Assembly (NCBI RefSeq): GCF_006345805.1
Contig: NC_043004.1
Coordinates: 26,846,001 to 26,910,000, forward strand
DNA: 64,000 bases
From: Octopus sinensis
Lineage: Eukaryota
Direction of reading: 5' to 3'
The notes under the pieces are model-generated. The model made no database searches. It saw only the letters and a program-made list of their open reading frames with translations, and had not been told where the DNA came from. Position numbers and translations under genes: made by a program. Below, piece by piece: positions 50,458 to 61,510 of this stretch. Position 1 is the first letter of the stretch; the number at the start of each line of letters is the position of its first letter.

Positions 50458-50852
50458 CTAGCAGTATCGCCCGGTGTTGCTCAGGTTTGTAAGGGAAATA
50501 ACTATATAAGCATTTTTAGAGATGTAAAGTATAATAGCCATCTCAATATGGCTAACCACAAAGGGGGGTGTTATTGTAGCTTTTTACGTTCTGAGATTTA
50601 ATAATACATTTTTAGAGAGTTACTTCCCTTATATAATAGCAAAAAAAATGCATTAAAAATGGGAAAAAATGATGGTAAATTTTTTTTAAATCGTAGACTC
50701 ATCGTAGACGCATGCTAATACCCAGAAGGGCTCGATATGAATCACGACTATAAGATACCTGCTTTTGGTTACACTGCACCGCAAAATGTGGGAGTAGTTA
50801 GGAATCTAAATCGTAGGAGACAGACACACAACTTCACTTTTATATATAAAGA
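50458..50852 (-). mobile_element. Non-autonomous Helitron (same family as 28045-28440)
   Basis: A|TC...CTAG|T termini on the minus strand and a subterminal hairpin. Confidence 0.85.
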
Positions 50853-50868
50853 TTATATTATATTATAT

Positions 50869-50924
<56 letters not shown>

Positions 50925-50950
50925 CATGTATGTACATATGTATGCATATA

Positions 50951-51831
50951 TGAAAAGGTACCAAAAAGTAACTGGAAACATGCTCTGTAGGATAAGCCTG
51001 TTGTAGTTCAAGCTTCCACCACTAGAAGCCACTTGATGTGACCCTCAGGCATCAATCTGTCAACCAGCACTATGGAGTAAACTCATACCATCATGTGGTG
51101 CATCTTTGTTTTGCTGTGATTCTCCTCTGTTCAATGATAGCTGAAATGAAAGAACAACATGCTGGTATGATATCCTGTTTTATTTTGCTGGGTAAAACAG
51201 CTGCCAAAACAATTGTCATGCTTCAAACAGCCATGAGCAAAACACAAGTTTACGAGTGGCTTTCACACTTTAAGAATGGTCACTTGTCACTTGAAGACCA
51301 GCCTTGTTCAGGGCAATCATCAACCTCCCGAATGGATGAAAACATCATGAAAATTCCCGAACTGATTTGGAGGACCATCACCAACCAATTCACGAACTTG
51401 TTGATATAACTGGTGTGTCCTGGAGCTCCTGCCAATGAATTCTGAGTGAGGAATTGGGAATGAAAAGTGTTGCAGTAAAATTTGTGCCTCGCTTGCCATG
51501 GAAGATCAAAAGAAGTCACAACCGAATGCATGTCACGAACTAAAAGAACAATTGAAAGTTGATCTGGACCTTTTTTAAAGGTCATCACTAATAACAAAAG
51601 CTAGTGCTATGAAATTTGCAGATGTGGAAGAGGTGAAGAGAAAAACGATGAAGTCATAAAAAGGCATCACTTTGCAAGAGTTCCAGCCCTGCTTTGAACA
51701 GTGGAAAATAGTCTGGATCAATGCTTTGTTTCAAATGGAGAATACTTTGAAGGTGATAAAAGTGTAGACATATAAAACTAGGTCAATAAAATGATACTGC
51801 AAAATTCCAGTTTCTTTTGGGTATCTCCTCA
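50951..51831 (+). mobile_element. Internally deleted mariner
   Basis: TA|tgaaaaggtaccaaaaagtaactggaa ... ttccagtttcttttgggtatctcctca|TA; LGKTA..T..MLQ...VYEW..HFKNG..SLED.P.SG; KFVPRL. Confidence 0.85.
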
Positions 51832-52429
51832 TATATGTAACTGAAAGCACAATAAGATTAAAATAATAAAATTTTATAAAAAGCAAAATAAAAATATAAT
51901 CTCTCTCATGCTTCAGTGTTAGAAAGAAAGAAATTTTGCATTTATCCTCATTATCTTTATTTTTGATATTGTCTTTATTATTATTATTGTTGTCAACACC
52001 GTTGTCATTGTCATCATTATCTTCGTCATCATCGTTATTTTTACTATTCTTTTTCAATGTAATCCATTTATCAAGGAAGAGTGCTATTATATGGAAAGAA
52101 ATTACCAGCAAGTTGATATTTGTGTTCTGTGTAGAATCTATTGGAAAACAAAAATCAATAAAATCCAATCGCGTAAGATATCAAATGGATTTGAGTCTCG
52201 GCTAATTTACTTTAACCTTATCACTGCTGCAGTTTATTGACTGCAATAAAAAATAAAGGAGACTTTTTTTTTTCATAAAGATTCTGTAAAGATTGTAAAG
52301 ATTTTTATGAATGGAAAAATTGGACAGAGTTGCTTTGTAAGAGTTCTGTCTGTCTCTAAGATAAAACTAATAGAAGTTAAATGGAATGAATTTTTAGTGG
52401 TGGTCATCATATCCTCATTGGTAATTCAC

Positions 52430-52760
52430 AACAGTAAGCAGGTTGGCCGGTAGTCTGCATGCTAAAGGGAGAATGGCCACACTATTAATAATGCAATTGA
52501 ATAGGCTAATGAGAGGAGAGCTCAAGAATGAGGAAGTAATCAAAAAATTGAATGGACAATATAGGTTAGAAGAAAGGGGATAGCAAACAGTACATGAAGA
52601 ATTGTTACAAAGGGTGACAGCATTATAGGCCAAACTGAAAAGATATGATGTTAGATGCAAAGGATTTGAACAGAATAGACTGTTCCAATCAAATAGAAGG
52701 TGTCTTTTTGAGGGGAGTCAACATATGTATTAAAAGTCCGAGTACAATATGCACCTGTTT
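52430..52760 (+). mobile_element. R4/Dong-like fragment (region upstream of the RT)
   Basis: V.EEL.QRV.A..AKLKRY..R...FEQNRLFQSN. Confidence 0.65.
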
Positions 52761-53462
52761 GCTAGAAAGAAGAGATAAAACTCTCCAAAGCCACAGATCT
52801 CTCACTATATGTAAACATGCATGGAGAATGTAGCAAATATACTAAAAAAAAACAGTTGTCCCCTTTTGTAAGACTACAAAGAGGAGGGGGTAGATATCCC
52901 AGTATCAATTGATTTCGTTTTCTGTGCTGAATTGACACTTAAAGCTCATCCCATAGGCTTATAATGTAAACTATTTCTTAAAAATATATTTACCATTCTG
53001 TGCAAGCCTGTTCAGCTGAAGGCTCTGTGACTTTCAAATGAACATGAGAGAGCAAGTGCCAATTCAAAATTCAAATAACTTATCACTATCTTTAAAGAAA
53101 TGATGATAAAGTGGCTAACAAAACGTAACCAAATAGTGTCAGTTCATCGCAGAAAGCAAAATTAATTGATACTGGAATATCTACCTTCTCCTTTGTTGTT
53201 TTACAAATGGGGATGACTGGAGTAAGAACAGTATGTTCTTTGCCTATCTCCTTATCCTCTTGGAGATTTTAGGCATAATTATACTAATGTGTCCATCTGT
53301 TCTAATTTAGTTAAATTCTATGTCTTTGTGCTGCTGAAGATTGCTCTGCATTTTAAACTGATGTAAGGATTGCATTGTTAAATTAAATGGAGTTGCATGA
53401 AATGTTCGTACTGCATTACCTCTGGATATCCTTGTTGTTTATTTTGATTTTATATATATATA

Positions 53463-54248
53463 TTAGCAGTATAACCCAGCCTTGTCCGGGATTAAGTTAC
53501 GATTATTAAGCTAATCAAGTTCTTTATTTCAAACCAAACTAAGTAATATAGACATCAAATTTGGGCGAAATCCACTGAAATTAGTTATATTATATATATA
53601 TATCTTATATATATTATATATATATATAATATAATATAAATATACATGGGCAACAGGCACGAACACACATAAACACACGTATGTACGTACACCTATTGCA
53701 TGTTTTGTGCACGCATACATGTTCATAAACAGAAATGAATGGAAAAAATGTTGTTAAATTTGTAGATTAACACTCGCACGATTTTCACTAAAGTATATTA
53801 TACTATGATTATAAAAAATAGTGTCTTTCAAAAACAAAAAACAAAACATTTTACATTTTATTTTTTATGAACGTCATAACTTACTCTCTTTCTCTCTCCC
53901 TCTCTCACTTTGTCTTTCCTGTGAAACTATCTGCCTCATTCTTCCACTTTTCTTTATCTTAGCTTCGTGCATTCCGTAGAAGGTATAAAAACAACTTTGA
54001 GGAATAATAGTGGTTTATTGGCGTAGAAGGTTCTAAATTTTATCCATATCGAAATTTCATAAGCAGAAAAATGTTATTTTATAGTTCCCAGTTAGCAACT
54101 AGGGTGCTAAGTATGTGAACAAAAATCCAAATTTAGGGAATGGAGCCGGTAAAATTTAGGCAACATATGTTTCCTAGTTAGCAGAACCTCTTAGAAGTAG
54201 TAATTACTCAGCGAGGGATACTCAGCTAGCTACTCATCAAGCAGAAGA
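53463..54248 (-). mobile_element. Probable non-autonomous Helitron, diverged
   Basis: tagcagtataacccagccttgtccggg resembles the Helitron 3' end at 28045; the putative 5' TC at 54247-54248 is uncertain. Confidence 0.45.
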
Positions 54249-54499
54249 TATCTTAGTTAAATGAAGGTTACATTGTCATCAAGAGACCTCAAGTTAACTT
54301 GCAGAAGATTTGATCGAAATTTGGCTTTTTATGTATATGCTTGTATGTCATTATTCAGTATATTTCAAGATTTCTTGCCAATAGAGAAAGAACCGGTATC
54401 TAATCTAGATCCAGGACTCCTTCACTGGAATTTCAACATCAACAACAGGTTATTTTTGTTTGTATGTATGTATGTCTTTTGAGAAATCTCAAGTTGAGC

Positions 54500-54640
54500 A
54501 TGAGAAAGTAAGGAGGGATGTCAGGAAGGGCATCGCTGTTGCACTTTCAGATAGTAAGGGTATTCTTATGATATTCATTATAGAATATCCTAGCTACAAC
54601 GTCATGCCTCATCGGTAGATAATAGCGTGATGACATTTTA
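54500..54640 (-). mobile_element. Short R4/R2-like fragment just after the zinc knuckle
   Basis: KMSSRYYLPMRHDVVARIFY resembles the Y..RHD.VA motif. Confidence 0.45.
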
Positions 54641-54870
54641 TGTATGTGTATGTATGTATGTATGTATGTATGTATGTATGTATGTATGTATGTATGTATG
54701 TATGTACTTATATATATATACAGTAGAAGCAATTAAGATTCAAGTGAGTTCTGTTGAATTCCCATGAATGCGGTAATTAACTTAGATGCACCAGAAATCT
54801 ATATGGTGTTAACCATAAGATAATACGGGGTGATTATAAATAAGAAAAAAGCAACAAGAATGGATCAATA

Positions 54871-54959
54871 TTTCGGTACAATTGTTTCGTACGAACACAG
54901 CTTTATTAAGGCTGTAAATATTGCAGTAAATATAAGTGACCCGTACTCATCAGCCGAAA
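54871..54959 (-). ncRNA. Type I hammerhead ribozyme in the 3' pLTR (sense to the PLE ORF)
   Basis: Minus strand tttcgg CTGATGA gtacg...cgtac GAAA caattg TA ccgaaa. Confidence 0.85.
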
Positions 54960-56081
54960 AAACATCTGGGTTCTCCAAACATCTAAGGGGGTGGTGTTAC
55001 ACTCCTGAAACATCAGGATAGCTCTATAAAAATAAGATGTAGGTAACAAACGAACTTCTAAAAGTTCTTTTAGTGTTGCACAGTCATATAATGGATTTTA
55101 AAGAATTTTTTTTAAAAAACCTCTTAGTTTCCCAGAAAATGAATATGAAAATGAAAATGAAAATGTAAATCCATCCATATTGAAGTAAGTTTGATTTCTG
55201 GAGATACGAGGAGACGTATCATACTCACAGAAGATGTATTTATCCATAATTAGTCCATAATAAAGTGTGTTTTTTGATGTGTAGTGATATACTGGTTACA
55301 TTTCTGAGAATTTCTCCAAACTGCTATGTTAGAATTAAATTTGTTGAAGGAGGGTTAGTGAAGCGTAGAGACAATCCCTCACATATTAGGGTAACTGGGA
55401 GGGGAAGGGGATGTAAATGTCCAACTACGCAGAATAGTTTATTTTAGTGGAGACGAACTGACTGATTCAGAATTTGTAAGAATCTAAGAGCTTTAAGGAG
55501 GAAAGCTAATCTTGACCAAATATCATCGTTAATTGCTATATAAGGAGGATATGGGAAGGTAAAGAAGGGTCAAAGGTTGTCACTATAGGAAAAGAACATT
55601 AACAGATTTCAGTGCAAAACCAGAAAGGAGGTCATTTAATTTATTTCTTTATTTATTAATGTTACTACTAATACATTGGCAGACTTAGGGACTACATTAA
55701 GGGGTCAAAAGAAGGGATAGAGAGTTATTTTTCATAATGAAAAATCGTTGTATTATTTTTATGGGATTAGCAATATTTACTAGTAGTATATAAAAGAATT
55801 ACGAAGTCTAATTAACTAATTTGCTATAAGTTGATTTACCTAAATTAGATTAAAAATTAGATAAAATTAATATAAATAATCTATATAGTCTATTAGGATG
55901 AAAATTTATTTGCAACTAATTTATTTCTTTATGTTTCAAACCTGGTACAGTTAGAGAGAAAATAACCAATGCCTATGAGCTCGTAGCTATCTAATTAAAT
56001 ATATAATATAATATATAAGAGTTTTGCTTTATTAGTATAAGCAAGATAGACAAATCACAAAATGATTTTTATATACGGTTA

Positions 56082-56480
56082 TCATTTAAAATATTTTAGA
56101 GTCTTAATCCTAGCGTGAATACAAGATGGACCCAATTCTATACGGTTATTCAATAAATTATCATTTCTTCTATGCATTAGTATTTCAAATGTTTCCATGG
56201 AGCAAAGTTGACAACCAACTCTGCTATTTTTATAAGGTATCGCTCTTCTAACTAATTCCCAATTAAGGTTATACTAAATATTATTATTTTGAGTTCCCAG
56301 ATCTTACTTGAAAGTGTGGTGCTATCAGCTTTATGACGTAATTTGAAAGAAGAGAGATGATTGCTAAGACGTTTCTTAAAATTAATAGTACATCCTAAAT
56401 AAATAAATTTGTTATTCTCTGTGGTTATGGTACATTTATAGATTACGTTGTTTAACCCGCATAGACCAGGTGCCGGGCAT
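56082..56480 (-). pseudogene. GIY-YIG endonuclease domain of the PLE (two apparent 1-nt deletions, one stop)
   Basis: Reconstructed CPAPGLCGLNNVIYKCTI...FIYLGCTINFKKRLSNHLSSF...TTLSSKIWELK...W...Y....CQLCSME...LLNNRIE....C.H. Confidence 0.9.
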
Positions 56481-57843
56481 TTTGATCTAATTCTACAGTT
56501 ACACCTCGGGGATCATTTTCCGATGTGGAATTACTCAAGGATAGATGTCTCATATTACTGCTATTCAAAACATTATGAGTATATTTTTCGTTATTATGGT
56601 TACTGTTGCTTTCTAAAATAGTGTTATCGTTATTATAGTTAATGTTGTTATCTAAAGCAGTATTATCATTTATCGGTCTTTCTATACTATCATTTAATTC
56701 TATAGTCCTACCATAGTTACTAACATTATTGGTATTGCTACTATTATTGCCAGTATTAGTTTCTAAATGTATACTGTTACTATAGATATCATTATTGTCT
56801 TCATTCTCAGTATTTTCCCTATTAGTATTAATCCTATTATTAACATAATTGTTCCTATTTGTATTATTATTATTACTAGCTATTCTATAGCTATTGATTA
56901 TACCTATGTTATGATAGTTATTATTATTATTGTGGCTATTATTAATTTCGGTAATGTTACTACAATTGCCATTTGTATTCCTATTGTTATTATTTAAATT
57001 TTTCCTGGCTAGTTTAATGTTATCATTATTGATCTTAGCTATTAAAGTGGACATATTTGGGAGGGTTGAATAAGAAATTCTGACCGTTTTTTTAGAAATA
57101 ATTTTATGATATCTATGAGAGGTTGGGAAGTTCTTTTCCAGAATTATTTTGAATCTACTCTGAATATCCGACAGAATCGCACAGTTGAAAGGAACATTTA
57201 GCCACATTACATCTTTCTTATTAAATTTCCTAGAATTAGAATTGGGGTTAGTTGAATCATTCTTACTTTCACCAGAGTCGTTGTGTTTATTAATGTTCTT
57301 ATTTGCCTGCTTCTTTGTTTTATCTAAATTTATCTTATCCGTATTACCTATGTTTTGGTCTATGTTCTTATCATTATTCTTATTTCCATTTAGATTAGTT
57401 GTCACCGTAAATCTACTCCTACTTTTATTTCTGGCGTGATCTCTATTGTTGTTTACGTGGCTATTGTTACTACTTTTATTAGGAATATGTAAGTTCTCTT
57501 TATCAATGTTACTAATTGTATGCTTCTTTGTTTTACCTAAATTTATCCTATCCGAGTTACCTATGTTTTGGTCTATGTTCTTATCTTTGTTCTTATTTCC
57601 ATTTAGATTTGTTGTCACATTAAATCTACATCTACTTTTATTTCCGGCGCTATCACTATTGTTGTTTACGTGGTTATTGTTATTTCTTTTATTAGGAATA
57701 TGTAAGTTCTCTTTATCAATATAGGTAATTTTTTGGTTGTATCCTGCCTTATATAACGCCGCATTATAATGCTCCGAATGGGAGTTAAATATATCAAAAT
57801 TAGATGATAATTTAGAGATTCTTAAAGAAATATTTCTAATCAA
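56452..57843 (-). CDS. PLE ORF segment: RT thumb, Asn-rich inserts and conserved linker (464 codons, open)
   Basis: IRNISLRISKLSS..F....Y..AL.KAGY, then WLNVPF...F...LEKNFP..H.YHKI..K.TV.ISYS..PNM, embedded in Asn-rich sequence. Confidence 0.85.
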   Translation of the reverse strand: MIRNISLRISKLSSNFDIFNSHSEHYNAALYKAGYNQKITYIDKENLHIPNKRNNNNHVNNNSDSAGNKSRCRFNVTTNLNGNKNKDKNIDQNIGNSDRINLGKTKKHTISNIDKENLHIPNKSSNNSHVNNNRDHARNKSRSRFTVTTNLNGNKNNDKNIDQNIGNTDKINLDKTKKQANKNINKHNDSGESKNDSTNPNSNSRKFNKKDVMWLNVPFNCAILSDIQSRFKIILEKNFPTSHRYHKIISKKTVRISYSTLPNMSTLIAKINNDNIKLARKNLNNNNRNTNGNCSNITEINNSHNNNNNYHNIGIINSYRIASNNNNTNRNNYVNNRINTNRENTENEDNNDIYSNSIHLETNTGNNSSNTNNVSNYGRTIELNDSIERPINDNTALDNNINYNNDNTILESNSNHNNEKYTHNVLNSSNMRHLSLSNSTSENDPRGVTVELDQNARHLVYAG

Positions 57844-57848
57844 AGTAT

Positions 57849-58770
57849 TGTTATGAATAGGTCAATTTAAGGACAGTGCTTGCGACCTACTTTTGGAATA
57901 AATCCATCGTCCTGTCAGATTCAGGTGGATTGATTAGTTCTGGGGAGACCTGCGACCCTTTTCAGGTGAAAGAAAGTTCGAGGAAACCCCTTAAAAAGCA
58001 GGAGATGTGAGTCTGTTGGACAGTCGAGGACAGAGCAAGTTAGTAAAAGGTTGTTTCTGCTGTGACAGCGGAAGACAGGCAGAGAAGATTAAGAAACTGA
58101 GAGAGATTGCGGCGAGAGGGCTTGGCAATTACGGTAGTAATTATCTGAAATTGTTGCAGACGGAAAGGAACGTCCGGTAAAGTTTTGTTTGTGTCTTTTG
58201 GTTGTTGTATTTTGATGTGTTGAACTAAAAAGAGAATTGATGTGAAAAAAGAAGGAAAGAGGAAAAAAAGAAAGAACAGTACTAAAGAGAAAAAGAAATG
58301 AGATTATAAAGAACATTGTGAATTGTGTTACAGAGTTGTTAATACGCGTTGAAAAAGAAAGAGAAAGACTTTAATGTGATTTGAACATTGAACTGTATCG
58401 TTGTTTTGATTTGATCTGAACTTATTTGTCTATGAACTGTATATTGTATCTGCATGCCTTTAATTTGATTTGTTGTATACCTGATGTATCTTTGATTTAT
58501 TTGATGTTGTAATAATTGTATAAACTGTTGTTAAATGTAGCCAATTGCCTTCCGCCGTCTCTCTCTGTATCTCTTCCTGTTTGTTGTTGTTGTTATCTCC
58601 GGTCGCCGGTTGCCGTGTTTGCTGCCGCTTTTCCCCCACCGAATTCTCTCTCTCTCTGAGTTCCGTGGCGAGTTCGCCGTTCGATCGAGCCGGTCAATCG
58701 TCGTCGCTCGACTTGGTAGGGTCCCGGGTTTCCGAATAGTTTGAGCGACGGCAGGTGGGATTCCGTAACA
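57849..58770. mobile_element. Solo-LTR-like insertion (922 bp) inside the PLE RT
   Basis: Termini TGTTATGAA...CCGTAACA; 4-bp TSD GTAT at 57845-57848 and 58771-58774; removal restores the frame ...HPPNIINT-LIRNIS. Confidence 0.85.
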
Positions 58771-58774
58771 GTAT

Positions 58775-59205
58775 TAATTATATTAGGGGGATGACTGGAT
58801 AATTTATTTACGTAACTAGTGATTTCACCTTCCTTTCTAAATGGGTAATGAAGCTTAGAGTTAAGGTCTAATGTAATATCTAGGAAATTGACTATTTTAG
58901 TGCCTGGTTCATAGGTTATGCTAATCTTTAAAGAACCTATTAATTTTCTTTCTAATCCTTTCAATGTTCGATTTATTATTACTAGGGACAACAAACAAAG
59001 CATCATCTCTATATAGACCACCTTGTAATTCAGGGATCTCCTTTTTTATGCATTTTAATAGATATGCGCCTACTAAATTAGTCACCTCAGCCGAATCACT
59101 GGAGCCCATGGGTATATTGAAATTATTAGGGGTGTCTGCTCTGGTCGATAATTTTTCCTCAAACTCTATAAATGTTTTTCTAGCAAAAAGTACAATGTCT
59201 ATTTT
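58775..59205 (-). pseudogene. PLE reverse transcriptase core fragment (frameshifted)
   Basis: ORFs 58921..59109(-) and 58593..59021(-) combined; contains YRDD. Confidence 0.9.
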
Positions 59206-59361
59206 TTAAAAAAATTCTTTAAAACCCGTTATATGACTGTGCAACACTAAATGAACTTTTAGAAGTCCGTTTGTTACCTACATCTTATTTTTATAGAGCT
59301 ATCCCTGATGTTTCAGGAGTGTAACACCACCCCCTTAGATGTTTGGAGAACCCAGATGTTT

Positions 59362-59450
59362 TTTCGGCTGATGAGTACGGGTCACTTATATTTACTGCAA
59401 TATTTGCAGCCTTAATAAAGCTGTGTTCGTACGAAACAATTGTACCGAAA
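59362..59450 (+). ncRNA. Type I hammerhead ribozyme in the inverted 5' pLTR (antisense to the PLE ORF)
   Basis: Stem I tttcgg 59362-67 / ccgaaa 59445-50; CTGATGA 59368-74; stem II gtacg/cgtac; GAAA 59433-36; palindromic stem III caattg; GUA cleavage triplet ending at 59444. Confidence 0.88.
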
Positions 59451-59482
59451 TATTGATCCATTCTTGTTGCTTTTTTCTTATT

Positions 59483-59516
<34 letters not shown>

Positions 59517-59841
59517 ATATATATATACACATACATATATATGTAAGGGAACATGATATATTAGTGGACAGTCAATGGTACTTTTGTGCGTCTGTGCATT
59601 TTCATTTATTTTTATACTAGCTGATGTAACTTTCTAATTCCCAGGAAAGTGGTAAACTATTGAAAAGGTTGCAAGATGCAACGAAAATTTTAGAAAAATA
59701 AAAAAGAAATAATTGGAAATTTTACCGGTGAGTGTGTTAAATTATAAGGCACCAAATGGTAATGACTCTCCCCAGACACAACAGAATATGCTTCAACACA
59801 CGAACTCACATAAAGAATCTTGCAAACCAAATCCAAAAACG

Positions 59842-59905
<64 letters not shown>

Positions 59906-60018
59906 TTATACATATACATATACATATACATATATTCATACACACACACACATATATACATATTTTCATACCGACACAAACACGCGCGCACACACACATA
60001 TACGCACATATTCATACA

Positions 60019-60863
60019 CTAGCTGACATACCTGGTAATTCCCGGAAAGCGGGGCTTATCCCTTGGTTCAGTTCTCATAATTGTTTTGCTAATCTAGTAA
60101 GAACAATACAAAGTATGTAGCCCTTAAAACGGTTTTTGTGCATTTATTGAGAATACCAATTTGTCTTACACAGGATCTTGTTTTTAGATCTTGTTTTGGG
60201 TATTAATAACTTCTCAACAAGTTATGAATACCCAAATTGTGAAGTCAGTTATTTAATAACATGAAATTAATTACCCAATAGTAAGAATTCAAATAAAGTA
60301 GCTGCAAAAAAGGGCGTTGATACGTCCCCAAAGTGTATAGAACTTAGGAGGAAATACTAATAAAGCATGTATACTAAAATTGTGAAGCATGTTACGTAAT
60401 AACAGGCTACTCAGATATGAGATAATAACAATTCAAAGTAAATAACTCTGAAAAAAGCTTTTGCGCATTCACAGTGACTATTACCCCCAGCGGTGCTAGT
60501 GCTGGTACATTCGCGAATAAGTCACTAACCAAAATAAGTGGATCTATTGTTTTGGAAAATACTATTTACTTGTTTAAGCGTTGTACTGGATAAATTGCGA
60601 AAATAACTCAAATAGTTAAATACTAAGAGATAAGCATACTCAATTTGATTTATACGAAATAATTTACGAACATGAATGGGTTATTTCCCTTGGATGTTTA
60701 AAAAGAATATATAAGTTATATGTAGTAGATATAAGAATCCCTTCCAGGGGCCCTATTATTAAATTTTTCAACAATCTAAGTATGTCACTAGTTTTCCAGA
60801 CATGAGTTCTACTCACGTGTCAATTTTCATTAAAATCAATAAAACAATGTAGGAGGATTTAGA
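60019..60863 (-). mobile_element. Non-autonomous Helitron (second family)
   Basis: Minus strand A|TC at 60863 ... ccgggaattaccagg hairpin ... CTAG|T at 60019; a related 3' end lies at 59617-59660. Confidence 0.6.
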
Positions 60864-60974
60864 TATCAATGCCACAAACACATACACCCACAGATTTCCA
60901 CATGTGTAGTAGATTTTTGCTACTGTTCACATGGAATTTTTTCAAACTTTTTTCCACACACACACACACACAAG

Positions 60975-61113
60975 GGGCTTCTTTCAATTTCTGTTTATCA
61001 AATCCACTTAAAGACTTTGGTTGCCTGGGCCTAGAGAAGAAGACATCTGCTGAAGGTGTTACACAAATCATGTGGTTTGAAAGTTCACTTAGCCACATAG
61101 CCATGCCTGCACC
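60975..61113 (-). mobile_element. Diverged SINE family A
   Basis: Reverse complement of gcaggcatggctatgtggctaag...aaagtctttaagtggattt. Confidence 0.6.
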
Positions 61114-61239
61114 CCAGTACATATATATGTGTATGAATGTATTCATGTATATATGTGTATGTACAATACGTATGTATGTATGTATGTATGTATGTATGTA
61201 TGTATGTATGTATGTAGGTAGGTAGGTAGGTAGGTAAAG

Positions 61240-61510
61240 CTTACTTGGAAAAGGATGTGTGGAGTTCGATCATGTAATAATATAAATAATATATAAACAT
61301 ATGCATATGTACACACATATATGTACATACCTACATATGTATGTATATATACATGCATATATGGGTACAGGACATCAAAAAAATGTAGACAGAATGAGAA
61401 ACGAAAACATAAAAACAAAAACATAGAAAAGGAACATTTTTTGAACAATGAAAACAAACAGAGAAACGAGACATGCAACATAAAGAACATTCCCTTCATC
61501 TGTTGTCCCC
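61240..61510 (-). repeat. pLTR-like repeat related to 5040-5497
   Basis: Minus strand gatgaagggaatgttctt...gatgtcctgtacccatatatg. Confidence 0.65.

Larger units (their letters stand above)
54722..59486 (-). mobile_element. Penelope-like retroelement (Nematis-like, inferred), 5'-truncated, with inverted pLTRs
   Basis: RT (PMGS.DSAEV..LVG.YLL, GLYRDDAL, VNFLDITLDL, SSHPPNII), linker and GIY-YIG on the minus strand; ~280-bp inverted repeats at 54838-55118 and 59205-59486; (TA)n flanks. Confidence 0.92.

Noticed and set aside
53098-53340. C/D box snoRNA (ATGATGA)
   Set aside because: No D box at a plausible distance and no terminal stem.
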